Source: Candidatus Yanofskybacteria bacterium CG10_big_fil_rev_8_21_14_0_10_36_16
GTDB lineage: Bacteria; Patescibacteriota; Minisyncoccia; 2-02-FULL-40-12; IGHO2-01-FULL-4-A
Reading direction: 5' to 3'
Length of the DNA stretch: 64,000 bases
Assembly (NCBI GenBank): GCA_002794035.1
Contig: PCXQ01000001.1
Location: 3,256-67,255 of the forward strand
The notes under the pieces are model-generated. The model was not told the origin of the DNA, made no database searches, and saw only the letters and a program-made list of their open reading frames with translations. A program made the position numbers and the translations under genes. Within the stretch, counting starts at the first letter, position 1. Every line of letters starts with the position of its first letter. Below are positions 35,744 through 45,609 of this stretch, one piece after another.

Positions 35744-37531
35744 TTAAAAACTTTGATAATACTCCCTTATCATATTAGCCATTAATTTTTGTCTTTCTTC
35801 CAGAAATTTTTGATAATCAGTAACTTCCATATCTAACACACTTACTGGTATGGCATTTTCTTTCAAGTTGTTTTCAAGCTCATTCTTGTCTTTAATGCCA
35901 CTGTATTTGAAAACCCCATTTTCAAGATGTTCCAATATTTCAGTAAAGTATTGTTTGGGTGATTTTGCTCCGATTTTGATATTAATTTCACTTTGTGTGT
36001 AGGCAAAATTGGCTATTTGGTTGTAATCTCTCTGTTTTAGCTTGTTGCTTTCAAGATATTTTTTGGGAAATATATGGTGTATATCTCCACGATGTATAAT
36101 CATATCTCGTACTTTTATATCAGTGGAAAGAAAACCTCTTTTTCCTAATTTTACTTGTGCTGCCCAAAAAAGTTTTAAGTACGGACTGGATATACTAGAT
36201 TTAACTAAATCGCGCACCAGACCTTCTGACCAGAATGTATCTGATAATTCAGCCCTCTCTATTCCTTCAAGATATTTTTCAGCACGCTGCTCAACGATGT
36301 TTCTTATATCTGTATCAAATTGGCTTTCGGGAGACCCAGAGTATCTTCCTATTAGCAGCGACATTATGAGCCACTTGCTAACTATACGCTCTATTTCAGA
36401 ATCATTGTATTCTTGTGATCTCAATTTGAGATATAAAATATAAGCAAAGTTTAAAGCATTTTTTGAACGAATTAACCCGCTTACTTCAAACCCCGCTGCC
36501 TTAACTATCATAGAAAAGCGTTCATAATGAGTTTTGTTTACAAAATCTAATACGCCGTTTTTTAATTTATTATAAGAATCCTCAACGATGGCTTCTTCGT
36601 AAGCCCTTGTTTCAAAGTTTCTACCAGATAGTAAACTTACCAAATCCCTCAACCTTCCGCGATTAAACTCTTTAGTAAAGCCAACCCTAATAATATCGGT
36701 ATAATCTGGTTGATAAATGTCATCCTGCAAGTTTTTGGCCCAAAGTATTTTTTGATAATATTCTGTATTAGTAAAGTCATCACTGGCGGATTTAATATTT
36801 TCAATAAACTCCGGATGTCGCAGAGTATGCGCAAAGTAATCTATTGCTTTTCTTAGATTTATCCCAAAATCTCCAAATGCTGCGATTCGTGACATTGCAA
36901 AGTCGGCCTGACTTAACACAACCCCCTCGGAGTTAATCCTGATAAATATTTCAGTAACCGTTTCTATATCAAGATTTTCTTTTAACTCTATAAATCCGAG
37001 CTGCTTATCTTTGATAGAATAAAGCTTGTCAATGTTGTTTTGAATGGTTTGTAAGTCTGCTTTTGGATTTCTTTTTTTGTATTCGTCTACAAGCGCAAAA
37101 ATACCTCCCTCATTTTTCAAAAACTCCGAAATATCACCAATCCAATTAACATCTTTTTCAATCGCGGGTGTTAATGTTTCAAACTTTTCCTCAATGGGAT
37201 TGAAGGCAATCCTGATTCTCATTTTTCTATATTCCTTGTCTAAAACTTCTTCTCCGAGAATGGCTGCTCTTAGTGCCGTAATTCGCTGCTGTCCGTCTAT
37301 AACAATTTTTTTACCGGATGATAAACTGCCATCTTTTAGACGAATAGATGGGTTACGCCATACAATTATGTAGCCAACAGGAAAGCCTTTATAGATAGAA
37401 TCCATCAAATCCCTCACTTTAATTGAACTCCACACAAAGGGTCGTTGAATCTCTGGTATAGCAATTTCATTGGACTGAACCCAGCTTAAAATGTCTTTAA
37501 TAAAATATTGATTTATAATGTATTGTTGCAT
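35744..37531 (-). CDS. DUF262/DUF1524 protein (GmrSD-like Type IV restriction family)
   Basis: Start moved to MQQYIINQ, 4 nt after the res stop. EIQRPFVW and IDGQQR (ParB-like NTPase) N-terminal; HRGDIHHIFPKKYL His-Me finger C-terminal. Confidence 0.85.
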   Translation of the reverse strand: MQQYIINQYFIKDILSWVQSNEIAIPEIQRPFVWSSIKVRDLMDSIYKGFPVGYIIVWRNPSIRLKDGSLSSGKKIVIDGQQRITALRAAILGEEVLDKEYRKMRIRIAFNPIEEKFETLTPAIEKDVNWIGDISEFLKNEGGIFALVDEYKKRNPKADLQTIQNNIDKLYSIKDKQLGFIELKENLDIETVTEIFIRINSEGVVLSQADFAMSRIAAFGDFGINLRKAIDYFAHTLRHPEFIENIKSASDDFTNTEYYQKILWAKNLQDDIYQPDYTDIIRVGFTKEFNRGRLRDLVSLLSGRNFETRAYEEAIVEDSYNKLKNGVLDFVNKTHYERFSMIVKAAGFEVSGLIRSKNALNFAYILYLKLRSQEYNDSEIERIVSKWLIMSLLIGRYSGSPESQFDTDIRNIVEQRAEKYLEGIERAELSDTFWSEGLVRDLVKSSISSPYLKLFWAAQVKLGKRGFLSTDIKVRDMIIHRGDIHHIFPKKYLESNKLKQRDYNQIANFAYTQSEINIKIGAKSPKQYFTEILEHLENGVFKYSGIKDKNELENNLKENAIPVSVLDMEVTDYQKFLEERQKLMANMIREYYQSF

Positions 37532-37535
37532 AAAT

Positions 37536-40217
37536 CTATTTTTCCCAAAGTCGGGCCGCTTCATCAAAGCTTTTCGGCTTCTGTGATAGCTTATCCCAAT
37601 CTTCTTGTTTAATATAAAGCATTTTGTATTTAACGTCGTTCTGAATACTATTAACATCTTTTATCCATTGTTCCAAGCGTTTTATTTTCTCAACATCGTC
37701 TAAGTCTTCGCGGCCTTTGGTTTCTATGATGTACACTTCTTTTTCTGAAACCTTTACGAAAAAGTCCGGGTAGTAATTTGAAATATCACCACTGGCATTT
37801 CGGTAATCAATCCTAAAATTAACTGCGAAGTAGTTTTTAGCATAAGAAATTATATCTTCCACTCCATCAAGAAAACCGGCAAACTCAAGTTCAAAATGCC
37901 CATCTCCAACTATTTTATTAAATGCGCTTTTCTTCGGTACAAGATATGCTTGATCCTTCACGACAAATGGTCGGCTCTTACTAATCTTAATATAATTTTG
38001 GATCTCGGCCTCGCCCTTATCTACCACGGTCAATTCGTTTATCTTCTTCTTAAATGTTTCTGTTACTGTTTTGCTGGCTTCAAGCTCTGACAAATTACGC
38101 AAAGCATTAAGATCGTCCAACTGTATTTTTTTATCAAAAAGGTTGTTTTCAATAAACTCTTTTACTTGGCCGTATAGAATATCATAACCGCTAAATAACC
38201 GAAGCTCTTTCATAATAACATTGGTAAAATACCCTATAACACTTTGGTAATCTGGTATGAAATTACTATCTAACTCTGTCTTGTGAGTTATATCACCGCT
38301 GGTAATATCCCTGAATATAATTTCGCGCTTTTCTTCTTCTGAAAACTCCTTTAATTTAACTTTCTTGTGACCAAATGTTGAAACATCAAGGTCTGAAAGG
38401 TTTTTATATTCCCGATAAATACGCGGTGTAAGAATGGGTATTTGAATATCTAACCTCGGTATATCTTTTTTGGTGTTTTCATTATCAACCTCAACAACCA
38501 AAGGAGCTTTAGGTTCTGTGCCTTCTCCCATTTTTCTGTGCTCAAGCTCAACACCTTCACTTTTAATAGATTCCACAAAATCCATAAAAGCATCTGTGCC
38601 CACTACACTAACTAATTCCGGCACTTCTTCGTTGCGATACATTCGTCTTAACCCTCTTCCAAGTGTTTGTTCTGGCAATATGTTGCTCTTTGAAGAATAA
38701 GGCCGCAATCCAACAATGGTTGTAACATTACGGACATCCCAACCTTCTTTAAGCATTAACACGGAAACTATGGCCTTATAAGGATTATCAAAATTATCAA
38801 TCTTGTTTGCTGCTTCCCGCAGCTTTTTTAATTCCTCCTCATTTTTCCCAGTTGCGCTTTCGGATATTTCACCGTTATTTTTTGTATGAATTACTAATAC
38901 AGAGTTTTTAAACTCCGGATAAGTATTTTCAAGATATTCAGCAACTTCATCACCGTTCTTAGTATCGTCGGTCATTAAAAACAAAACTGCTTTTTTGCCC
39001 AGTTTTATATGTTCATCATAAACCTTTTTCCACTCCAAATAACCGAGATGGACATAGTCCTTGTATTTCTCACTGAACTTTGAACTTTTATGCTCTTGTA
39101 GCTTGGCTCGGCTTGCAGAATCGGGCAGGACCGGACGCTTTACTACGTTTTGGTGAATGGCTTCAACCAATGGGTAATCGCTTATTGTTTGAACAAATAT
39201 AGCTCCGTTATTATGTCTTGGGGTAGCTGTTACATCAATTTGTAAAGATAATTCTTTGCCTTTCATCTTGAGACGATTGTGTATATCTTCTATGGACTTA
39301 AACCACGCTAAACGGCCATCGTGGATATGGTGCGCTTCATCATTTAGTACAACCAGCTCATCTATATCTCTAACTATTACCCCAAGATCAACTTTTGATT
39401 CATTTGTTGCGCCAACTGGTTTTTCGCCAAGAAAATATCGGGCCGTGTTTTCATCTTCAAAACTCGCAGCACTGCTATTACTCTCATAAACCCGATGAAT
39501 GTTAGTTAGAAAAATGTTTCCAGTTTTTTTAACTACACCTATTTCGTCTTGAATATGCAAAGTTAATTGAAAATCATCCCGCCAATTTTGGCCTGCAAAA
39601 CCATTATCCGGAAGTACCGGGTCTTCAAAAAATATCTTTAAGCCGTCAAAATCAGACCTGATACGGTCTAAAACAATAATGTTGGGGGTGATAACCAAAA
39701 AGTTTCGGGCTAATTTTGAATCCTCTTCATAAAGTTTATGAAAGAAGCTCCAAGCAAGAAGTAAACTTAACACCTTTGTCTTGCCGCTTCCGGTTGCCAT
39801 TTTTATTACGAAACGTAACCAGGATTCTTCAAACATTCCTGCTGAAACTGCTCCGGAACTATCAAATCTTATAAGGTCGTATTTATCTTTTACTTTTGCT
39901 ACTTCGTGGAGATAAATGGTTGTTTCTACTGCTTCTCTCTGTCCAAAATAGTATTGAAAAAGAAAGGTCTCTCCATCTGTATTTTCTCTTGGGTGGTCTA
40001 TTTTAAACCACCATTTAAGTAACGCTTTACTTGTTTCACTTGCCCCTTCATAATCAGCATCTCGCCATTCTTTGACCTTCCTACGAAGTTGATCCACTAA
40101 AGGCGGTAAAAGCCGAGCATAGCCCTGTTCTCTTAATGTCTCGTCTGCCGGAAACCACCGGAGGTCCGGGTTTAAAATCTCGTGAGGTGATTGTGGAAAC
40201 TTAGGGTGTAGTGCCAT
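37536..40217 (-). CDS. res: Type III restriction enzyme Res subunit
   Basis: 893 aa. MATGSGKTKV, LNDEAHH (DEAH), helicase C motifs, C-terminal YYPDFFV...YIIETKG PD-ExK nuclease. Confidence 0.9.
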   Translation of the reverse strand: MALHPKFPQSPHEILNPDLRWFPADETLREQGYARLLPPLVDQLRRKVKEWRDADYEGASETSKALLKWWFKIDHPRENTDGETFLFQYYFGQREAVETTIYLHEVAKVKDKYDLIRFDSSGAVSAGMFEESWLRFVIKMATGSGKTKVLSLLLAWSFFHKLYEEDSKLARNFLVITPNIIVLDRIRSDFDGLKIFFEDPVLPDNGFAGQNWRDDFQLTLHIQDEIGVVKKTGNIFLTNIHRVYESNSSAASFEDENTARYFLGEKPVGATNESKVDLGVIVRDIDELVVLNDEAHHIHDGRLAWFKSIEDIHNRLKMKGKELSLQIDVTATPRHNNGAIFVQTISDYPLVEAIHQNVVKRPVLPDSASRAKLQEHKSSKFSEKYKDYVHLGYLEWKKVYDEHIKLGKKAVLFLMTDDTKNGDEVAEYLENTYPEFKNSVLVIHTKNNGEISESATGKNEEELKKLREAANKIDNFDNPYKAIVSVLMLKEGWDVRNVTTIVGLRPYSSKSNILPEQTLGRGLRRMYRNEEVPELVSVVGTDAFMDFVESIKSEGVELEHRKMGEGTEPKAPLVVEVDNENTKKDIPRLDIQIPILTPRIYREYKNLSDLDVSTFGHKKVKLKEFSEEEKREIIFRDITSGDITHKTELDSNFIPDYQSVIGYFTNVIMKELRLFSGYDILYGQVKEFIENNLFDKKIQLDDLNALRNLSELEASKTVTETFKKKINELTVVDKGEAEIQNYIKISKSRPFVVKDQAYLVPKKSAFNKIVGDGHFELEFAGFLDGVEDIISYAKNYFAVNFRIDYRNASGDISNYYPDFFVKVSEKEVYIIETKGREDLDDVEKIKRLEQWIKDVNSIQNDVKYKMLYIKQEDWDKLSQKPKSFDEAARLWEK

Positions 40218-40218
40218 A

Positions 40219-40614
40219 TTAGGTCAATCTGTAGATATATGCGTCTTTAATAAAAATACCGTTAATGATGTTTGATTTAAATCTAATACCTGCTTTTGAC
40301 TGTTTTGATGTTTTTATCATTGTTCTCAAAAGTTTCAGAAAGTCATTATCGTGATGAAGTATTGTTATATTTGAAAGTCCGATGTCTTTTACTGTTTTTT
40401 CTTCCCCGAATTGATTGATGAAATCATTATAATTTTGCCGCGTATTTTTAATACGGTCATATTTTTTTGATGAAATTAATAATCTCCAAGCATCTGACTC
40501 GGGAACAAGTATCCAAAGAAAAACCGTTGGATTTATTTTTTGTTTATCCATCAAATCTAATAAGGTTTTTCCACTTTCAATTTTTGGTTCTTCTACCATA
40601 ATTTTTTTATCCAA
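40219..40614 (-). CDS. 131-aa orphan protein paired with HEPN (no nucleotidyltransferase motif)
   Basis: Overlaps the HEPN gene by 22 nt and ends 1 nt before the res start. No GSx10DxD MNT signature. Confidence 0.55.
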   Translation of the reverse strand: MDKKIMVEEPKIESGKTLLDLMDKQKINPTVFLWILVPESDAWRLLISSKKYDRIKNTRQNYNDFINQFGEEKTVKDIGLSNITILHHDNDFLKLLRTMIKTSKQSKAGIRFKSNIINGIFIKDAYIYRLT

Positions 40615-41030
40615 ACTAAAATACCCTTACGCCTATCTTTTATTGAGTTGATTAAAGCTTCTGCGTCAGTTTTCTTGCATATTCCATATCTGCTTTCTTC
40701 GGTCCAATCTTTAACCGTGCTCCAATTTGACTCAAAGCCCTTATCTTTGCCTGCTCTCTTATCAAAGGCCCACTTGATACCACTTACACTCAATAAGTCG
40801 TTTAAATCGTGACTATAGAGTTTCTGATAAACACTCTTTTTTGGAGGGAAGCTCTTTTCTTTGACATTTTTGCAATAGCAAGCCTTGAGGGCAAGTTCAA
40901 CGGCATAACCTGCTAAATAGTAAGCACCACTATACTCCTTATTATTAAAAAGGGTTATCGCTTCTCTGATGCGCCTCAATGCTAACTTTTTAAAATCACC
41001 GTATTCTGGATTGTCCCAAAATAAAGCCAT
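40593..41030 (-). CDS. HEPN domain protein
   Basis: 145 aa. AYYLAGYAVELALKAC...SHDLNDLL...EESRYG pattern of HEPN (PF05168-like). Confidence 0.7.
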   Translation of the reverse strand: MALFWDNPEYGDFKKLALRRIREAITLFNNKEYSGAYYLAGYAVELALKACYCKNVKEKSFPPKKSVYQKLYSHDLNDLLSVSGIKWAFDKRAGKDKGFESNWSTVKDWTEESRYGICKKTDAEALINSIKDRRKGILVWIKKLW

Positions 41031-41033
41031 ACT

Positions 41034-43283
41034 TTATATACTAATCTCAATTATTTTCATTGTATCGTTACCGAAAATATCTACGACCTTTATGGCAATT
41101 TTACGTCTGCCTTTTGGTAATTCTTTATAAGCGGTTATAAACTCAAGGTTTCTGTCCTTTTTGGTTCTAAATGATTGCCATTCGTTTTCAAAAATGTAAT
41201 CGCCGGTCCATTGTTCTTCAATTTCTTCCTTTTCGTTTTTTATAGCCACAACTTCTTTTTTGCTTTCAAAGTTAAAGTCAACGGACCAGTAATCAATCCA
41301 ATCACTCCATTTTTCAGTCAAAACATCCCTTGTAACTACACCCTCTTTGTCTTTTGAGATTTTAATAATTTTACCATTTTCTACTACAAGCTTTTTGCTG
41401 CCGTTTTTGAGGCTTTCTTCTACCTCTTTAATTGAATCTTGATTATAAAAAACTGAAAAATCAGTTAACTCAATGGCCAATGAGTTCTTTTTTATATGAG
41501 GCTTAACTTCAATGTAAGATACGTCGTGAAAAACAACTTGGTTTTTTTCTACAGCCCGTTTGTCAAATACATCTCGTGGAATATATTTAAGGGCCAAATC
41601 AACACCTTGATTTTTGGCATCTTCTTGTATTCTCGGAAATAATCCCATTTCAAACTCAAAAGCCAATATGTCTACTTTAGTTATTTTCTTTTCAACTGCT
41701 TCTTTAATTACTTCTTCAACAAATAACCGAGTAACTGGCAAGTTAATTGGGCCAACAGATACTAATCTTGCAGATTTTTTACCGAAAAAGGTTTTGAAAT
41801 TATTAATTGGTTCTGCTTTGTATGCTGACAGGATTAAAGAAACAAAATCTTTTTCTTTCTGTGCGATTTGTTTTTGCTTTTGCTCGTCCCGAAGATTGGG
41901 GTTTATACCAACGTAATGCTGCCTTTCATATTTACCAAGATTTAATACTTCAAATGCCCGATAATCTTTCCCAGTCTTTTTAAGTTCTCGTTGCACTCCA
42001 ATCATTCTCTTGCGTGTTGTGTGAATTGAGAACTTACCCAAGTCAGAACCAATCCATTTGCGGCTTAGTTTTTCAGCTGCAGCAAGGGTGGTACCAGAAC
42101 CGACAAAGAAGTCGGCAACAAGATCGTCCTCGTTTGAAGAGGCCTTTATTATGCGCTCAAGTAAGGACTCTGGTTTTTGGGTTGGATAATTATTACGTTC
42201 TTTAGCCATTGGATTAACTGGATTTATATCTAGCCAAATATCTTCAGAAACATTTCCTTTAGTATCTTCGTAAAACCTTTTTACATATGGTAACCCACTT
42301 TCAGAAAAAACAATAAGTCCCCGTTTCATTCCTTCATCTATTCTTTCTTGAGACCATATCCAGTGTTTGCCTGCCGGTGGATACAGCAACTTTTCACCGA
42401 ATTTTTTTGCTTCACCTTGTCCCTTTTGAGTAAAATCAGCCAAAGAATATCTTTTTCCCGTTTGCTCATCGGTGTACCTGTAATGAGTTTTTAATAATTT
42501 TTCCGATTTCGGTAAAAATTGAGTATTAAAAATAGTCTTCTCTTTATCTTTTGAATAAAAGAAGACTGTATCATGTACGTTTGGATAAGTTTTTGACTGT
42601 GGCTTAGCCGATGTCAGTTTTTGCCAAATAATTTCATTTTTAAAATTATTAGTTCCAAATATCTCATCTAATACCAACCTCATGTAGCTGTTAACCCTCC
42701 AATCACAATGTACATAAATACTCCCGTTTGCGGCCAACAAATCTCGCATCAGTGAAAGTCGCTCGTAAATCATAGAGATAAAACTATCTGCTCCCTTGCC
42801 CCAAGTATCCCGATATGCTAATTCCTCTAATACTGTTGGTTGTTTCTTAAACTCTTCGCCCCCAACCTCAATATCCATAGAAAAATCTGCCCCAACATCA
42901 AAAGGCGGATCAATGTAGATAAGTTTAATGCCCCCATTAGCTTCAATTTCTTCTCGTAGGGGTCCATTTTTTAAGCTTGATAGGATTAGTTTGTTGTCAC
43001 CCCAAATAAGTTTATTAGTCCAGCCCTTGATTTGGCGGCCGCGCTGGTCAAAATCAAACAACACCTGCTGGCGCTTTACTTCCTTCTCACTTCTCGGCTC
43101 ATCAACCTGTTCAATAACCTGAAATGGCAAGATAACATTGGTGACTTCATTTGTCTTGCCGTTCCAGACAAGCTCAACCTCTCGTTTGTCCTCAAACAAA
43201 AGAAACCGGTACTTATCGGGAAGAGGTTTACCGGCTTCAATAAACTTTATAGCATCGCGTTTTTCATTGTCAGTTAGATCCAT
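41034..43283 (-). CDS. mod: Type III R-M Mod subunit (beta-class N6-adenine/N4-cytosine DNA methyltransferase)
   Basis: 749 aa. IYIDPPFDVGADF (motif IV) precedes DFFVGSGTTLAAA (motif I). C-terminal extension of about 330 aa. Confidence 0.9.
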   Translation of the reverse strand: MDLTDNEKRDAIKFIEAGKPLPDKYRFLLFEDKREVELVWNGKTNEVTNVILPFQVIEQVDEPRSEKEVKRQQVLFDFDQRGRQIKGWTNKLIWGDNKLILSSLKNGPLREEIEANGGIKLIYIDPPFDVGADFSMDIEVGGEEFKKQPTVLEELAYRDTWGKGADSFISMIYERLSLMRDLLAANGSIYVHCDWRVNSYMRLVLDEIFGTNNFKNEIIWQKLTSAKPQSKTYPNVHDTVFFYSKDKEKTIFNTQFLPKSEKLLKTHYRYTDEQTGKRYSLADFTQKGQGEAKKFGEKLLYPPAGKHWIWSQERIDEGMKRGLIVFSESGLPYVKRFYEDTKGNVSEDIWLDINPVNPMAKERNNYPTQKPESLLERIIKASSNEDDLVADFFVGSGTTLAAAEKLSRKWIGSDLGKFSIHTTRKRMIGVQRELKKTGKDYRAFEVLNLGKYERQHYVGINPNLRDEQKQKQIAQKEKDFVSLILSAYKAEPINNFKTFFGKKSARLVSVGPINLPVTRLFVEEVIKEAVEKKITKVDILAFEFEMGLFPRIQEDAKNQGVDLALKYIPRDVFDKRAVEKNQVVFHDVSYIEVKPHIKKNSLAIELTDFSVFYNQDSIKEVEESLKNGSKKLVVENGKIIKISKDKEGVVTRDVLTEKWSDWIDYWSVDFNFESKKEVVAIKNEKEEIEEQWTGDYIFENEWQSFRTKKDRNLEFITAYKELPKGRRKIAIKVVDIFGNDTMKIIEISI

Positions 43284-43371
43284 GGGCCATAGTAAGATAA
43301 CTTTTACTTAAAGGGTATCACTTTTGTGCTGTTTTTTAAAGGTCTGAAAAAGAGCGTTGAGGGCGTTGACA

Positions 43372-43785
43372 CTAAACGAGAAATTGAGCGACAAACCAGA
43401 TGCCGGCAGTAATTAAAAACCATATCAACTGATTGGCTTCCCTAAAATCTCCGGAGCGGTAGTAGCGGCCAACTTGGGTTACGGTAAATATCGCGGCAGT
43501 CATCGGGATAAAGTTAAATGGAATATCAAATCTAAAGGACACGAGATAATATACGATTATTAAAGCTACCGCTTCGGAAAAACCCGAAAAGCGTGATTTT
43601 AAAATATCGCTATGTTTATCTAACAACCCTTTGAATGGGGCATAAATGAACATAGCAATAATTGGACTAATGGCTGCGATATAAAACAATGAGAATAAGG
43701 CCCATAAGAATGGCAAAAATATAAAAGAAGAAATAATAACTATACCCCATAGCAGTAAACTAATTTTTGATTTTATTACATCCAT
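43372..43785 (-). CDS. Small four-helix membrane protein, unknown function
   Basis: Start moved to MDVIKSKISLLLWG (137 aa). 88 nt upstream of mod on the same strand. Confidence 0.55.
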   Translation of the reverse strand: MDVIKSKISLLLWGIVIISSFIFLPFLWALFSLFYIAAISPIIAMFIYAPFKGLLDKHSDILKSRFSGFSEAVALIIVYYLVSFRFDIPFNFIPMTAAIFTVTQVGRYYRSGDFREANQLIWFLITAGIWFVAQFLV

Positions 43786-43810
43786 AAAATTACAAAACCC
43801 GCCGCTAGGC

Positions 43811-43897
43811 GATGGATTTCTCCACCTGTTACCCTTTCGGGTAACAACCACTGCTGGTGCTCCTAAACGACGGGTTTAGTACCCAGCAGTGGTTTTT
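43811..43897. promoter_or_regulatory. Cluster of GC-rich hairpins (candidate structured leader or small RNA)
   Basis: gatgga-tttc-tccacc, gttaccc-tttc-gggtaac (GAAA loops on the minus strand), and a 10-bp stem ccactgctgg/ccagcagtgg enclosing ctaaac-gacgg-gtttag, then TTTTT. Confidence 0.4.
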
Positions 43898-44012
43898 ACG
43901 TCATACCTCAAATGTTGACATTTTGAGGGTTAGGCAATTTTTAGTTGTTAGACCAATATTATCACAAAACCTTGAAAATCTCCATAATTTTCGTTTTACT
44001 TAAATTAATACT

Positions 44013-44768
44013 ATGGCCTTAATTAACGACAAACAATTTAAACAATTTTTAGAACTCCTAATAAATAAGGTTGAATTAAGAAACGATATTCATTTGGGAA
44101 TACAATACCGTGAATTAATCCAAATATTTTTAGATGATAACGCTATCAAAGATTATTTGCGCTATTCTGAAAATAAGAAGTTGTTAAAATTAATAGGCAT
44201 ATCTAAATATAAAGAAAAGGAAGATCCTTACCCTGATGATTATTATATAAACGAGATAACGCCTAACAATGATTTTATAGGCCCGAAAAGATATTATGCC
44301 GTAAAGAGGTATATACGGTATAATTTCTACCCAAAGGACAACTTTATACTTGATGTGTCTGATAAAAAAATTAAAGGTTTTTATAAGCAGTATCAAAAAG
44401 AAGGTCCGGGGCAAGACCCAAAACGGCTAATTTCCAAAAATAAAAGTGCTTATTTTTATAAATCAAAACAAATAGTTTTTGACAGTGAAGAAACTGACTA
44501 CTTCAGAGTATTTGATGTCCTTTACGAAAATAGTGGGCAAGACAACTTTTTGTCATATGAAAATATAGATAAAGAAATGGTCCGAAGGGGCTCGCCAAAA
44601 CTTATAGATGATCAACAAAAAATTAAACGTATTCATAATGCAGTTAAGAACTTATTTTTATATTCTCGTTGCGGAAGTGAAAAGCTAAAAAATACTACGC
44701 CCAATAAAACTGAACTAATAAAAAAGGTTAGAGGGAGAGGGTGTGTTTTCAATAACCCTCTAATTTAA
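44013..44768 (+). CDS. Hypothetical protein, possible C-terminal winged-helix
   Basis: 251 aa. C-terminal KKVRGRGCVFNNP resembles OmpR/PhoB-type wing endings. Confidence 0.45.
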   Translation: MALINDKQFKQFLELLINKVELRNDIHLGIQYRELIQIFLDDNAIKDYLRYSENKKLLKLIGISKYKEKEDPYPDDYYINEITPNNDFIGPKRYYAVKRYIRYNFYPKDNFILDVSDKKIKGFYKQYQKEGPGQDPKRLISKNKSAYFYKSKQIVFDSEETDYFRVFDVLYENSGQDNFLSYENIDKEMVRRGSPKLIDDQQKIKRIHNAVKNLFLYSRCGSEKLKNTTPNKTELIKKVRGRGCVFNNPLI

Positions 44769-44899
44769 TAAGTTATCTCTCAATTTCTTGTGGACAGCCA
44801 AATATCGGCTGTCTTTTTTTCTTTTTTTACTTGGTTTTAGCGGCCAAAGAGATAAACGGAGAAATTAAAAGATATTAAATATTGATTCAAAATTAAATT

Positions 44900-45526
44900 A
44901 TGCAACCAATAATTAAAACTTTTACTGAACCGGATTGGGATTATCTGTTTTGGACTTGGGATTTAGAAAAACAATGGCAGGAGTCATTGCCAAGGCCAAC
45001 TGAACGAGAGTTGTTAGGTATTTTCCCGGAAGCAAAAAAGATATTGCCGGCATTATTAAGGGACTGGCAACAAAGAAAAAGTGAATTAACCAAAGAACTG
45101 GCTCGGAAATTAAAAATAGTAAAACTTGGCGCGGATAGCGACAGCGAAAGATTTTTCTGGACTGAATGGCTGAAAACAAAATATTTAGGAGAAATTACTG
45201 AAATCGTTAATGACATTAAAAAGTTCAAGAGAATGATGGCTATATCAAACAACCGGGGCCGAGCCTTACGAAGCGAAGAGTCATTGCAAAAGGCTTTAGC
45301 TGTGCCAATAGCATCGGCTATCCGAATTAAACTAAGAAAATTGGGTAATAAACTTGTTGGGCTGTGTCCCCTACATAACGAGAGTAACCCATCATTTTAT
45401 ATCTATACCGATACTAATTCCTTTTATTGCTACGGATGTGGCAAGGGTGGAAATGTAATCAACTTGGTTAGATTTCTACACGATTACACATTCCCAGAAG
45501 CAATAAAGTATTTAACTAATTTATAA
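44900..45526 (+). CDS. CHC2 zinc-finger protein (DnaG-primase-type finger)
   Basis: 208 aa. CPLHNESNPSFYIYTDTNSFYCYGCGKGGNVINLVRFL. Confidence 0.65.
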   Translation: MQPIIKTFTEPDWDYLFWTWDLEKQWQESLPRPTERELLGIFPEAKKILPALLRDWQQRKSELTKELARKLKIVKLGADSDSERFFWTEWLKTKYLGEITEIVNDIKKFKRMMAISNNRGRALRSEESLQKALAVPIASAIRIKLRKLGNKLVGLCPLHNESNPSFYIYTDTNSFYCYGCGKGGNVINLVRFLHDYTFPEAIKYLTNL

Positions 45527-45609
45527 CTTTTGTTTCTTGTTCGGGCTCTTGGCAAAGGCCATAGTAAGCTCCGGCCAGGAGCTCAAACAAGAAACGCGGA
45601 GCTTACTTT

